From positions 1,318,375 through 1,382,374 of the forward strand of contig JAMLJH010000002.1 of the NCBI GenBank assembly GCA_023953615.1: a stretch of 64,000 bases of DNA, read 5' to 3'. Numbering within the stretch: the stretch's first letter is position 1; every line of letters begins with the position of its first letter. Of this stretch, positions 42,201-49,762 are shown piece after piece. The position numbers and the translations under genes were made by a program. Below the pieces are notes generated by a model. It worked only from the letters and a program-made list of their open reading frames with translations. It searched no databases and was not told where the DNA came from. The stretch comes from Verrucomicrobiia bacterium (GTDB taxonomy: Bacteria > Verrucomicrobiota > Verrucomicrobiia > Limisphaerales > JADLHS01).

Positions 42201-44511
42201 GGCGACGTGGTGGACGAACCAGTTTGACGCGGAGACGGGCGCGTTGACCAACGTGCTGAGTCCTACGGGCGAAAAACTCAGCTACACGTATGACGATTTG
42301 GACAACGTGAAGACCATCAAGTTCGGCGACGGAAATTCGCTAACCAATCTTTACAATGACGCGAACCGCCTGAGCGGTGTGTGGCTGCCGAGCGGAACGC
42401 TGCTGACCAATTTCTATGACTTTGCGGGTCGCTTGACGAATCGACAGGCGAAAATAAATGGCGTGATGACAGAGACCGCCAGCTTCGAGTATAACGGCAA
42501 CGACGCTGTGACAAGGATGACCGATAACACAGGCGGTACCACCAACCGGTATGACGCCGCCGGGCGGTTGTGGGGGATTGATTATCCGAGCGGGGCGAGC
42601 GTGCGGTATCAACTGGACTTGCTCGACCGCATCACGGCCATCACCAACAAGGCGACTGCCGGCGGCACCGCTTACGTGACGCGGTACGAATACGATTCCG
42701 TGGGTAACATCACGGCTGTCATTGACCACTGGAATCGAACGAACCGTTTCGAGTATGATCGCGTCGGCAGGCGAACGAAACGGACTTTGGCGAACAACAT
42801 CGTAACCGAATGGCAGTACAACTGGCGTGATCAGGTGACAAACGTGATTCACAAACTTGGAGGGGCGACGTTGGCATCCTTCACTTACGAGCGGTCCGCC
42901 GGTGGTGAACCGACAAAGATCGCTCGCGAAGACGGCAGCTATGTCGAGTTGCAGTACGATGCCGCCCTGCGGCTGACCAACGAGGTGTACAGAACTTCTG
43001 GCGGAGCGCTCATCGAGCAGATTGGTTACGGGTACGATTCTGCGGGAAGCCGCATCAGGCTGCTGAAGGGCGGGAACACGCTCACGAATGCGGTGAGCGC
43101 GGGTTACCGAATCACGCAGGTCAAGAACGGAGCGGCGGTCGTCGAGAGCTACAGCTACGACAACGGCGGGCGCGTGACAGGAATGACACGCGATGGAGCG
43201 ACTCGAAGCTTTGGGTACAACTCCGCCGACCAATTGACCGCTGTCACCAACGGAGCCGCTTGGACAACGTATCTGCACGACGCCAACGGAAGGCGAACGA
43301 TTTCGACAAATTCCTCCGGCACCGTGCGTCGCCTGCTCGTCGCCCCGACACCGGGCAGCGATTTGGAAAGTCCGCTGTTGGTGGCGAACGCCAGTGGAAC
43401 CGTTCAGCAGGGCTTCGTGTATCTGGGTGATGAGCCGTTGCTGCGATTCGACGCTGCTGGCAACGCGGTCTATTACCTGGAGGACGCGATGGGCAGCATC
43501 GCGGCTCTGGCTGACGGCAGCGGAAACGCGATTGCGACCTTCAGCTACGATGGGTTTGGAAACTTCCGCTCATTGAGCGGAAGCACAAACCCGCCGACGG
43601 GAACAGGCGGCGATTTCCGGTTCCACCGCGCATGGCTCGAATCGGATTCGGGCCTGTACAACATGCGGGCCAGGGAGTACGATCCGCGTTTAGGGCGGTT
43701 TACGAGCCGTGATAATCTCAACGAAGGCGAGTTCAAGGAGCCGGAATCATTGAATCCCTACACCTTTGCCTACAACAACCCGCACGTTTACTCTGACCCG
43801 AGCGGTCAATTTACGCTCATCGAAATCAGCTTCTCGAACCTCATTGGAACCATCAACGATTTGAAGGCGGCTGTCGGTTCGGCTGTGGGAAGAAGGATGA
43901 TCTTGAAGAGAATGGGGAAATGGACTGCAAATCAAATCATCAGCTATCTCCAGACGGTGCTACCGATTGATGAAGCGTTGATCAGCGCCATCGGCACTGA
44001 TCCACTCCAGGCAGGAATTGAGTTCCAACGGATGGCAGAAAATCTCATCTGCAGTTATGTGCCGCTCCCGAAAGATTGGCTATGGCTTGAACCACGGGTG
44101 CGAGGCAAGGACACGGCGTTGTACAAGGCGGGGGATGTTTACTCGAATGGCATCGGCTGCGGAGATCGCGCAACGGCTCGCCGTCCGGGTGGAAACATAC
44201 CGAGGCCCGATTTTATTATTAGCCCTGGCACACCACGGCTTGACAACGGCGAAACTCGGAGAGGACTCTTAATCGGTGATTTCAAATTGTCAGGAAAGGC
44301 ATATCTGCGCTCTTACGGAATTCCCGGTCCAAAGAAGGCGACACAACCGGGACAGTGGGCGGCAATCACCGGTTATGCCAGCCGACATAGCTACACGAGG
44401 ACAGTCCTGCTCGTCAGCTTGCGCGGAATGGACAAGCCGACGAGCAAACTGCTCTTAAAAGCAGGGGCCGAAAAAGGCGTTCTGGTGCTGCCGGTCGGGA
44501 TTCTCAAATGA
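39256..44511 (+). CDS. RHS / YD-repeat polymorphic toxin (full length, 1751 aa)
   Basis: Ig/Fn3-like N-terminus, then dozens of YD repeats (YDSAGNL, YDSLGRL, YDSRGNV, YDDNGYRLTSTDALGRTTYYTNDADGN...). The RHS-associated core is GLYNMRAREYDPRLGRFTSRDN...NPYTFAYNNPHVYSDPSGQ, followed by a 233-aa variable tip. No signal peptide, PAAR or other trafficking domain is recognisable at the N-terminus. Confidence 0.85.
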   Translation: MMDRLIPQGRCRDFVLGSGNSPLNGTWDVVFRGKVVASSGSPNGWDVEEDHTFFQGHIITVPTNAVPDQGYEVRVKQREWASGRSAAFTVLSKGAIPSAPVLLPLILSTNMSPASGEMVLLTVAIDNPAPLGGATVSLKTNGVYYGAVTIPEGQSLITTNINTTGAAGTACEIFASYNGYRKASVQFVDGCEPPDTPTGFYADANTSGIILNWDVASDVTSYSISRSVNDTNSYQLIFTGLATNVFIDTDVIPGTNYFYQLTGRRVTFYYYEVVGKCNPDDEISLCALPRYQAPPGVTAKLRPVNKYGADLGGYDFFTRPTRWRDSGGETPFECFDFPGYILTLQDGTEFYIQRKLQGEFTFLSNDCDGQAAAYIGEPTSSGFYVEAYGKPYLAEIRQRGGDRIYFNRDEIGTFGQPNLRIQHFNASNQLTRSILIERDGQGRIAAISDPLGLNENGLPMGWPALKYEYDSAGNLAKVLKLVDRLTGAYLTNQYYYENSQFPHYITGIRDSRGKLVTRNEYDSLGRLTTIKNASDQTSRFEHDLANRREIQYGRSGAATQFKYDSRGNVLLVTDPLGHTNSFTYDDNGYRLTSTDALGRTTYYTNDADGNVLAVVLPHPPGADPAAYTTHFSYDQFGNQTRVQLPTGAVINNIYDPLTGNLIAVTDGENNLISSTEYDGNGLPKTETDQFGSLHYAYDGMGNLTFMTNSLGQVVESGYDLNGNLTTLVDNGQTNTISYDALNRETGADYGNNISVNYGFEGEGEWTTVSGPTLGNMERRLDDQGRLAGWETANGSSPGFAYDVNGRLQYETNSIGVVTYTVYDLAGRAVATTNLTTGAGNAYGYDAANQRVAVTNALGYFTRYAYNVDGSLAAMTDALQRQWLYDYDTGGACCGGGSTTTTMTDPLGRQTIDLRSAHGLPVATIWRSGMNVSSNYTEYLAGMTTEEQEAEEYPVAITDEGGRTRRYEYDEMGRLSRATDLSGATWWTNQFDAETGALTNVLSPTGEKLSYTYDDLDNVKTIKFGDGNSLTNLYNDANRLSGVWLPSGTLLTNFYDFAGRLTNRQAKINGVMTETASFEYNGNDAVTRMTDNTGGTTNRYDAAGRLWGIDYPSGASVRYQLDLLDRITAITNKATAGGTAYVTRYEYDSVGNITAVIDHWNRTNRFEYDRVGRRTKRTLANNIVTEWQYNWRDQVTNVIHKLGGATLASFTYERSAGGEPTKIAREDGSYVELQYDAALRLTNEVYRTSGGALIEQIGYGYDSAGSRIRLLKGGNTLTNAVSAGYRITQVKNGAAVVESYSYDNGGRVTGMTRDGATRSFGYNSADQLTAVTNGAAWTTYLHDANGRRTISTNSSGTVRRLLVAPTPGSDLESPLLVANASGTVQQGFVYLGDEPLLRFDAAGNAVYYLEDAMGSIAALADGSGNAIATFSYDGFGNFRSLSGSTNPPTGTGGDFRFHRAWLESDSGLYNMRAREYDPRLGRFTSRDNLNEGEFKEPESLNPYTFAYNNPHVYSDPSGQFTLIEISFSNLIGTINDLKAAVGSAVGRRMILKRMGKWTANQIISYLQTVLPIDEALISAIGTDPLQAGIEFQRMAENLICSYVPLPKDWLWLEPRVRGKDTALYKAGDVYSNGIGCGDRATARRPGGNIPRPDFIISPGTPRLDNGETRRGLLIGDFKLSGKAYLRSYGIPGPKKATQPGQWAAITGYASRHSYTRTVLLVSLRGMDKPTSKLLLKAGAEKGVLVLPVGILK
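43810..44508 (+). other. C-terminal toxin tip of the RHS protein; candidate PD-(D/E)xK nuclease fold
   Basis: Begins right after YSDPSGQ. Contains RPDFIISPG and, 23 residues later, LLIGDFKLSG, giving the pattern PD ... (D/E)xK. No other family recognised. Confidence 0.4.
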
Positions 44512-44659
44512 AATAACGAGTCAATTTGGAACGACGACCGTGAAACAAACGAGGACCTCAAATCGAGTTGCAGATTCTGGAACTGAGCACAGGGGACGCG
44601 GTTTCGTCTCGCTTCTTTTGCGGTGGTTCTTTCATCGCTTTATCGAGAGCGTGTTTGGA

Positions 44660-46057
44660 ATGACGAGAAAATATGGTGAAAGCGAGCCACTCCACCGCGC
44701 AGTGGAGCGGAGACAGGAAACCCGTGTCCGTGAATTGATTCAGAAAGGTATTACGGTTGACGCTCGTGATCGCCGCCATGTGACGCCTCTCATGGTCGCA
44801 GCGGAGAAAGGCTACGACGAACTTGTGGAACTTCTGATCCAATCTGGTGCGGACATCAATGCGAAGGACCGTGCTAGTGGTTTCGAGGAGGGGCGGCGCT
44901 CTTCCCTCCACAGGGCGTGTGACGCAGGGCAGGCAGATATGGTCGAACGTTTGCTGAAATTGGGGGCAGACCCTGACTGCCTCAGTCAATCATTTCAGAC
45001 ACCTCTTTTTCTAGCCCTGTTGCTGGAAAGGCGGGACATCGCGATGCGTTTGTTGGAGCACGGCGCAAGCCCCAACGGGCCGGAAAAGGCTTGTCAACCA
45101 CCTCTCGTTACCGCCGCTGCGAACAATGATCTGGTGATGATTAAAGAATTGCTGAAACGCGGAGCGAATCCAAATTGCGGTGCGCTGGCCGCGACAAGGT
45201 CGGTGGAATGCGCACGCGAACTCTTGCGACATGGGGCGGATGTCAACGCCCAAGATGTGGACGGCAATACCCCATTGCTGAAAAACGTTCGGTTTGCCGA
45301 GTCCGAACTGATCCGATGCTACCTCGATGCCGGAGCCGACGTGAACGTCAAGGACAGGGAGGAAATGCCTGCTTTGATGCACCTGACGGATAATCCAAAG
45401 GTGGAAATTGCAGAGCTTCTTTTGGCCGCAGGCGCTGAAGTGAATGCACCGACGCGGTCTGGTGTGACCATTCTTGATCACATCCTCGGCGATACCTCCC
45501 ATCGCCACAGAAAGGCCAGGCAAGCGTTGGTTCAGCACCTCCGCACGAAAGGTGCAAAGACCGGCCGTGAATTAAGGGCACAGCGCCAGATTCCAAGAAA
45601 GCAGCAAGAAGACCACCGAATAGACAAGGAACCAAGCAATAGCACGATAACAAGTGGGGATGAGCAGTTCGCCAAGCTGCGGCAGATGGAAACCAACGGC
45701 GCGAATTACGCCCTCGATACGGAGGACATCATTGCCCGCCTAAAGGCATGGCAATCCCTGTGTTCATTCAGGATCGTGGATGCGAAGCACGACACAGTTG
45801 TCCTCGAATTTGATTCCCTGCCAGCCGATTTGGATGCGTTCGTAAAGGATCTGTCTGAGTTTTGCCCCGATTTGATTGACCAAGGGGCACAGTGTTTGCC
45901 GGATTTGATTGATGCGCAGATGAAGAAAGGCGGCCCAGTCCCTGCTGAAATGGAATCGCTCGTTGAGGGGGTGGATTTTCAGAATGAGGACTTCGGGCCT
46001 GAAATCCTAAAACGCCAATTGCAGCAACAGCGAAAGCTGACCCTTTGGTGGGATTGA
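44660..46057 (+). CDS. Ankyrin-repeat protein with DUF4253-like C-terminal domain; putative immunity protein for the RHS tip
   Basis: At least 7 ankyrin repeats (TPLMVAAEKGYDELVELLIQSGADINAKD etc.). The C-terminal ~115 aa (TEDIIARLKAWQS...EFCPDLIDQG...KLTLWWD) resemble DUF4253 as I recall it. Located directly downstream of the toxin. An alternative GTG start is at 44540. Confidence 0.65.
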   Translation: MTRKYGESEPLHRAVERRQETRVRELIQKGITVDARDRRHVTPLMVAAEKGYDELVELLIQSGADINAKDRASGFEEGRRSSLHRACDAGQADMVERLLKLGADPDCLSQSFQTPLFLALLLERRDIAMRLLEHGASPNGPEKACQPPLVTAAANNDLVMIKELLKRGANPNCGALAATRSVECARELLRHGADVNAQDVDGNTPLLKNVRFAESELIRCYLDAGADVNVKDREEMPALMHLTDNPKVEIAELLLAAGAEVNAPTRSGVTILDHILGDTSHRHRKARQALVQHLRTKGAKTGRELRAQRQIPRKQQEDHRIDKEPSNSTITSGDEQFAKLRQMETNGANYALDTEDIIARLKAWQSLCSFRIVDAKHDTVVLEFDSLPADLDAFVKDLSEFCPDLIDQGAQCLPDLIDAQMKKGGPVPAEMESLVEGVDFQNEDFGPEILKRQLQQQRKLTLWWD

Positions 46058-46063
46058 ACCAAC

Positions 46064-46870
46064 GTGATTGATCCCTTCAGCGGCAACACGAGCTTTGAAT
46101 ATGATCGAGTCGGGAGAAGAACCAAGCGCACGCTGCCCAACGGCATCGTGACCACCTGGCAATACAACTGGAAGGATCAGATGACGAACCTCACGCACAA
46201 GATCGGGGGGACGACGCTGGCGAGCGTGTTGTATGAGCGGGCGACCGGCGGTGAGCCGACGAAGATCACGCGGGAGGATGGAACTTACGCCGTGCTTGGA
46301 TACGACGCCGCGCTTCGATTGACCAACGAAGTGTATTACAGTTCGGGCGGTGTGCCGCAGACGACCAACAGCTATGGTTACGATGCCTCCGGCAGCCGCA
46401 TCAAGCTGGTGAAAGGCGGGTTGACGCTGACCAACAGCGTGAGCGGCGGGTATCAAATCACGGCCGTCAAAAATGCCGCCAACGGCAGCACGACGAACAC
46501 CTACGCTTACGATGCTGGCGGGCGGGTCACATCCATCAACCGCGATGGGGCGACACTGAAGCTGGGCTACAACACGGCGGACCAAGTGGCCGCCGCAACC
46601 AACGGCGCGATCTGGGTGACGTATCGGCATGATGCCAGTGGCCGGCGCACGGTTTCGACGAACTCAGCCGGAACGGTGCGGCGGTTACTCGTTGCCCCAA
46701 CCCCGGGGACTGATCTTGAATCACCGCACCTGATTGCCAATGCGAGCGGCACGGTGCAACAGGGCTACGTCTATCTCGGGGATGATCCGATCTTGCGCTA
46801 CACCACGGGCGGAACCGCAAGCTATTATCTGGAAGACGGCATGGGCAGTGTCATCGGCCTGGCGCCAGCG
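46064..46870 (+). pseudogene. Orphan RHS fragment (displaced C-terminal repeat region, lacks core and toxin tip)
   Basis: IDPFSGNTSFEYDRVGRRTKRTLPNGIVTTWQYNW...TVRRLLVAPTPGTDLESP...YYLEDGMGSVIGLA aligns colinearly with the main RHS gene at about 42721..43510 (roughly two-thirds of residues identical by eye). Similarity ends near 46870. The rest of the 525-aa ORF is read-through. Confidence 0.65.
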
Positions 46871-47029
46871 AGCAGCCCGAGCACGGCCAACACCACCCGG
46901 CTGTGTTTCTCATCATGTTTAAGACCGGGCACGCCCTACCCCTTGTTGTCACAAGGATTCTGCGTCTGCGAATTGGTCGCGGCGGGGGCGCGGAATTTCC
47001 GCGCCACATCAGCCATTCATGGCCGTGGC

Positions 47030-47290
47030 CACGGCCAGTCCACGGGCTTGATGCAGCCGGGAACAGGACGCGGACGGGAACTTTCCATGTCCGCAAACAA
47101 TCCGTGTTCGCGTTCAGTCCACGCCAACAATCATGGTCGCGAACAATCCAGGTTCGCGCACAGGCAACGGCCTCAATCGTCCGTGGACAGGCAGTGGCAG
47201 CGGACGCGAAATGTCCGCAGACAGTCCGCAGTTGTGAACTGTCCACGTCCGCGAATGCGTCACGAACGCAATCTGTCCACGAGCGGGGAC
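47030..47290 (+). repeat. GTCCRC-rich region with multiple short hairpins
   Basis: About 9 same-strand copies of GTCC(A/G)C plus inverted partners (GCGGAC-gcgaaat-GTCCGC; CGCGAAC-aatccag-GTTCGCG). Three degenerate units of AACAATC-N2/3-G(G/T)TCGCG. It lies between the end of the orphan RHS homology and a pilin-like remnant. Confidence 0.4.
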
Positions 47291-47562
47291 TGGCAAGGAA
47301 TTATCCACACCATGGCCTCACCGCGTCCATCTTGCCGCCCATCAGGTTCCCGATTCACATCCAACCCGTTCCGGCCTATGCCCTCATTTGACCCAGCCAC
47401 AGTCCGCCAGGCGGTCGCGGAATTTACGCCGCGCCGTCCCGAGAAGTTCCAAGACCTGATGCCGGCCAAGGAGGTCAGCAGCAGCGCCGCCAAGACCGCG
47501 AGGCTGGCGGACACTGCCAGTAATTCCATCAAACTGAACCCGCTGTGTTTTCCGCTCTTCAT
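47260..47562 (-). pseudogene. Possible remnant of a prepilin-type (pseudopilin) gene
   Basis: MKSGKHSGFSLMELLAVSASLAVLAALLL is a prepilin-like N-terminus. The remainder shows no pseudopilin-like sequence. Confidence 0.3.
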
Positions 47563-47770
47563 GCGCTCGGAATATCTGCCGGGCAACGCGGCCGGGGCCG
47601 CCCGAACCGGGCGGTCCGTCCGGCGCCACCAAAGACTTTGAGATTTTATTGAATTTAACTATGTTTGCTTGATTATCCAATCCTGCGCAATCCAACCTCA
47701 AAATGGATCAGCAAAAAAAAGTTTGCGCCGGTGATACACATTCAACCGAAATTTCGCACTATTCGATAAG

Positions 47771-49762
47771 ATGAAAAGCTTTATTGGCATTCGAATCGGG
47801 GCCCCGCGGAGATTCTGTTCATTTCAAAGGGGTTGCGGCCCCCAAAATGCCCCCCAAGGCCCCAGGTACGGTCCGGCGCTTCGTTCGTTGAGATTCCCGG
47901 CACTTTTCCTACTGACGGGATGGTGCCTCGGTTTGCGGACCCTGGCCGCCCCCAACATTTATACCAACACGTCGTCCGGCAAATGGGAGGCCGCCTCGAA
48001 TTGGTCGCTCGGGGCGCCAAGCGCCACGGATTCCAGTTACATCACCAATCCCGCCCCCAGCACGCCCATCACGGTCACCGTGGACGCCACGACGGCGTCC
48101 GGCTTCTCGAACACCCTGACCATTGCCAATCTCACGGTTGGTGCGCCGGCCGGGGCCTACACAAATACGCTCCTGCTGGACCACGTCGGCACCAGCACCC
48201 CGCTGCAGGTGATTTCCAACCTCAACGTCCTTCCGGGCGGCGCCCTAAGGATCTTTAACTCCGCGCTAACCGTGGATAATGGCATAACGCCCCCCACCAC
48301 AAATGGGGGCAGTGAAGTGCAATTCGACGGTCACTCCGTACTGGCCATCAACTCAATTATCGACACGTCGCACGCCGGGCACACCACGGTTGGTGGCAGT
48401 ATTTTCGGCGGCGGCGGCGCGGGTAGCTTGAGTATGTCCAATTGCACTTTTACGCCGCATAACTTTTATGTTGGCCCCTTCTTCGACGGCACGGCCACCT
48501 TTTTGAACTGTTCCAACGTGTTTGGGTTTGGGCTCACCTTGGGAGGGGCTGCGGCCGCCGTTGGCAACATGTCCGTCATTGGCGGGACGTGGCTTGCCAC
48601 CAACACTTATTCCGGCGCCAACAGCCCTTTGATCAGCTTGGGAGTCAACGGCACCGGAAACTTGACCATCTACGATGCCGAGGTTCAACTCGGCGCCACG
48701 GCCATCGGCGTCGCTGGCACCGGTTCGTTAATCGCGCAGTCCAACGCGGTAATAACCCTCGGCAAAACCTTCCTGGGTCTCGCCGCTCCACAGGCGCGCG
48801 GAATTTTTTCCATTGAGGGAGCCCAAGTCGCAATGCCGGAACTTCACATTGTGCAGGGAACGGGGATCGTGAACGTGGCCAGTGGCACCCTCACCGTGCC
48901 GCTGGTGTCGATTGGCGAAAGCAATACTGCGGCCGGGACGCTCAAGCTCACCGGCGGCACCGCTTGGATCTCCACGTCCCTGACGGTCCGCAGCAATGCC
49001 CTCGGGGCGGCCGGCGTGGCCGTCACCGGCGGCGCGCTTTACATTACCAACGCCGCGCATAACGCCGCGACGATCTTGAATGGCGGCGCGCTGCTCTTGG
49101 GGGCGGGCGCGTTCGATACGGACAACCTCATCCTCGCCAACGGCGGCAGCGTCACCGCCAGCAACGATTTCCGCCTTGGCACCACGGCGGGCAGCACCAA
49201 TTCCGTTGCTCTTTCCAGCGGCAGCCGGCTCGTCCTCACCAACGGAACGTTGGGCCTCGGTGGCAACGGCCTCGGCATCGCCTCCATCGCCGAGGCCATG
49301 GTAAACGTGAACGCCCTCGATCTTGGCAGCCCGACCGGCGGCCTCGGTCGCCTCACGTTGCACAGCAACGCGCTGCTCTTCGTCCAGTCCAACCTGACGG
49401 TCGGCAGCAGTTCGCTCATGGCGACCAGCTCGATCACGCTGAACGGCGGTACCTGCACCGCCTCCAACGGGCTGACACAAATCGGCTCATCCGGGAGCGG
49501 CCTGCTGACCATTTCCGGTGGCCAGCACACGTTCCGGAGAATCATGCTCGGCTCAACCAATGGCCTGGGTTCGGGAGGTTTTCATTTCGCCGGCGGTCAC
49601 CTCACCGTGCTGGGGGTCGGCACCGGTCCGGGCCAAGGACTCGATTCCAATTGGATTCTCTGGGAAGGCGGCGATTTGGATGGCAGCGGCACCTGCCTCA
49701 CCATCGCCAATGGCAATGACTCCAGCGTGCTGATTCCAGCCTATGCGGCCAAGAACCTATAG
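47771..49762 (+). CDS. Secreted beta-helical protein with autotransporter-associated beta-strand (PATR-like) repeats
   Basis: 663 aa. Signal-like LRFPALFLLTGWCLGLRTLAA, then WEAASNWSLGAPSATDS and many G/T/N/L-rich repeats (GTGSLIAQSNAVITLG..., LKLTGGTAWISTSLTV...). It ends abruptly at a GC-content break with no recognisable anchor. Confidence 0.6.
   Translation: MKSFIGIRIGAPRRFCSFQRGCGPQNAPQGPRYGPALRSLRFPALFLLTGWCLGLRTLAAPNIYTNTSSGKWEAASNWSLGAPSATDSSYITNPAPSTPITVTVDATTASGFSNTLTIANLTVGAPAGAYTNTLLLDHVGTSTPLQVISNLNVLPGGALRIFNSALTVDNGITPPTTNGGSEVQFDGHSVLAINSIIDTSHAGHTTVGGSIFGGGGAGSLSMSNCTFTPHNFYVGPFFDGTATFLNCSNVFGFGLTLGGAAAAVGNMSVIGGTWLATNTYSGANSPLISLGVNGTGNLTIYDAEVQLGATAIGVAGTGSLIAQSNAVITLGKTFLGLAAPQARGIFSIEGAQVAMPELHIVQGTGIVNVASGTLTVPLVSIGESNTAAGTLKLTGGTAWISTSLTVRSNALGAAGVAVTGGALYITNAAHNAATILNGGALLLGAGAFDTDNLILANGGSVTASNDFRLGTTAGSTNSVALSSGSRLVLTNGTLGLGGNGLGIASIAEAMVNVNALDLGSPTGGLGRLTLHSNALLFVQSNLTVGSSSLMATSSITLNGGTCTASNGLTQIGSSGSGLLTISGGQHTFRRIMLGSTNGLGSGGFHFAGGHLTVLGVGTGPGQGLDSNWILWEGGDLDGSGTCLTIANGNDSSVLIPAYAAKNL

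Noticed and set aside
40786-43278. Minus-strand ORFs 40786..42006 (406 aa) and 42340..43278 (312 aa) inside the RHS gene. Similarly 46007..46630, 48728..49480, 51039..52265 and 53171..54223
   Set aside because: They are antisense to repeat-rich coding sequence and have no recognisable domains. The sense strand shows canonical YD or PATR repeats.
46871-47641. C-terminal 255 aa of the 525-aa ORF 46064..47641 as a novel toxin tip
   Set aside because: Sequence after ...MGSVIGLA loses all RHS-core features (no PxxxxDPxGL junction). It is Arg/Ser/Pro-rich, runs across a hairpin-rich non-coding-looking block and lies antisense to a pilin-like remnant. It is most likely read-through.
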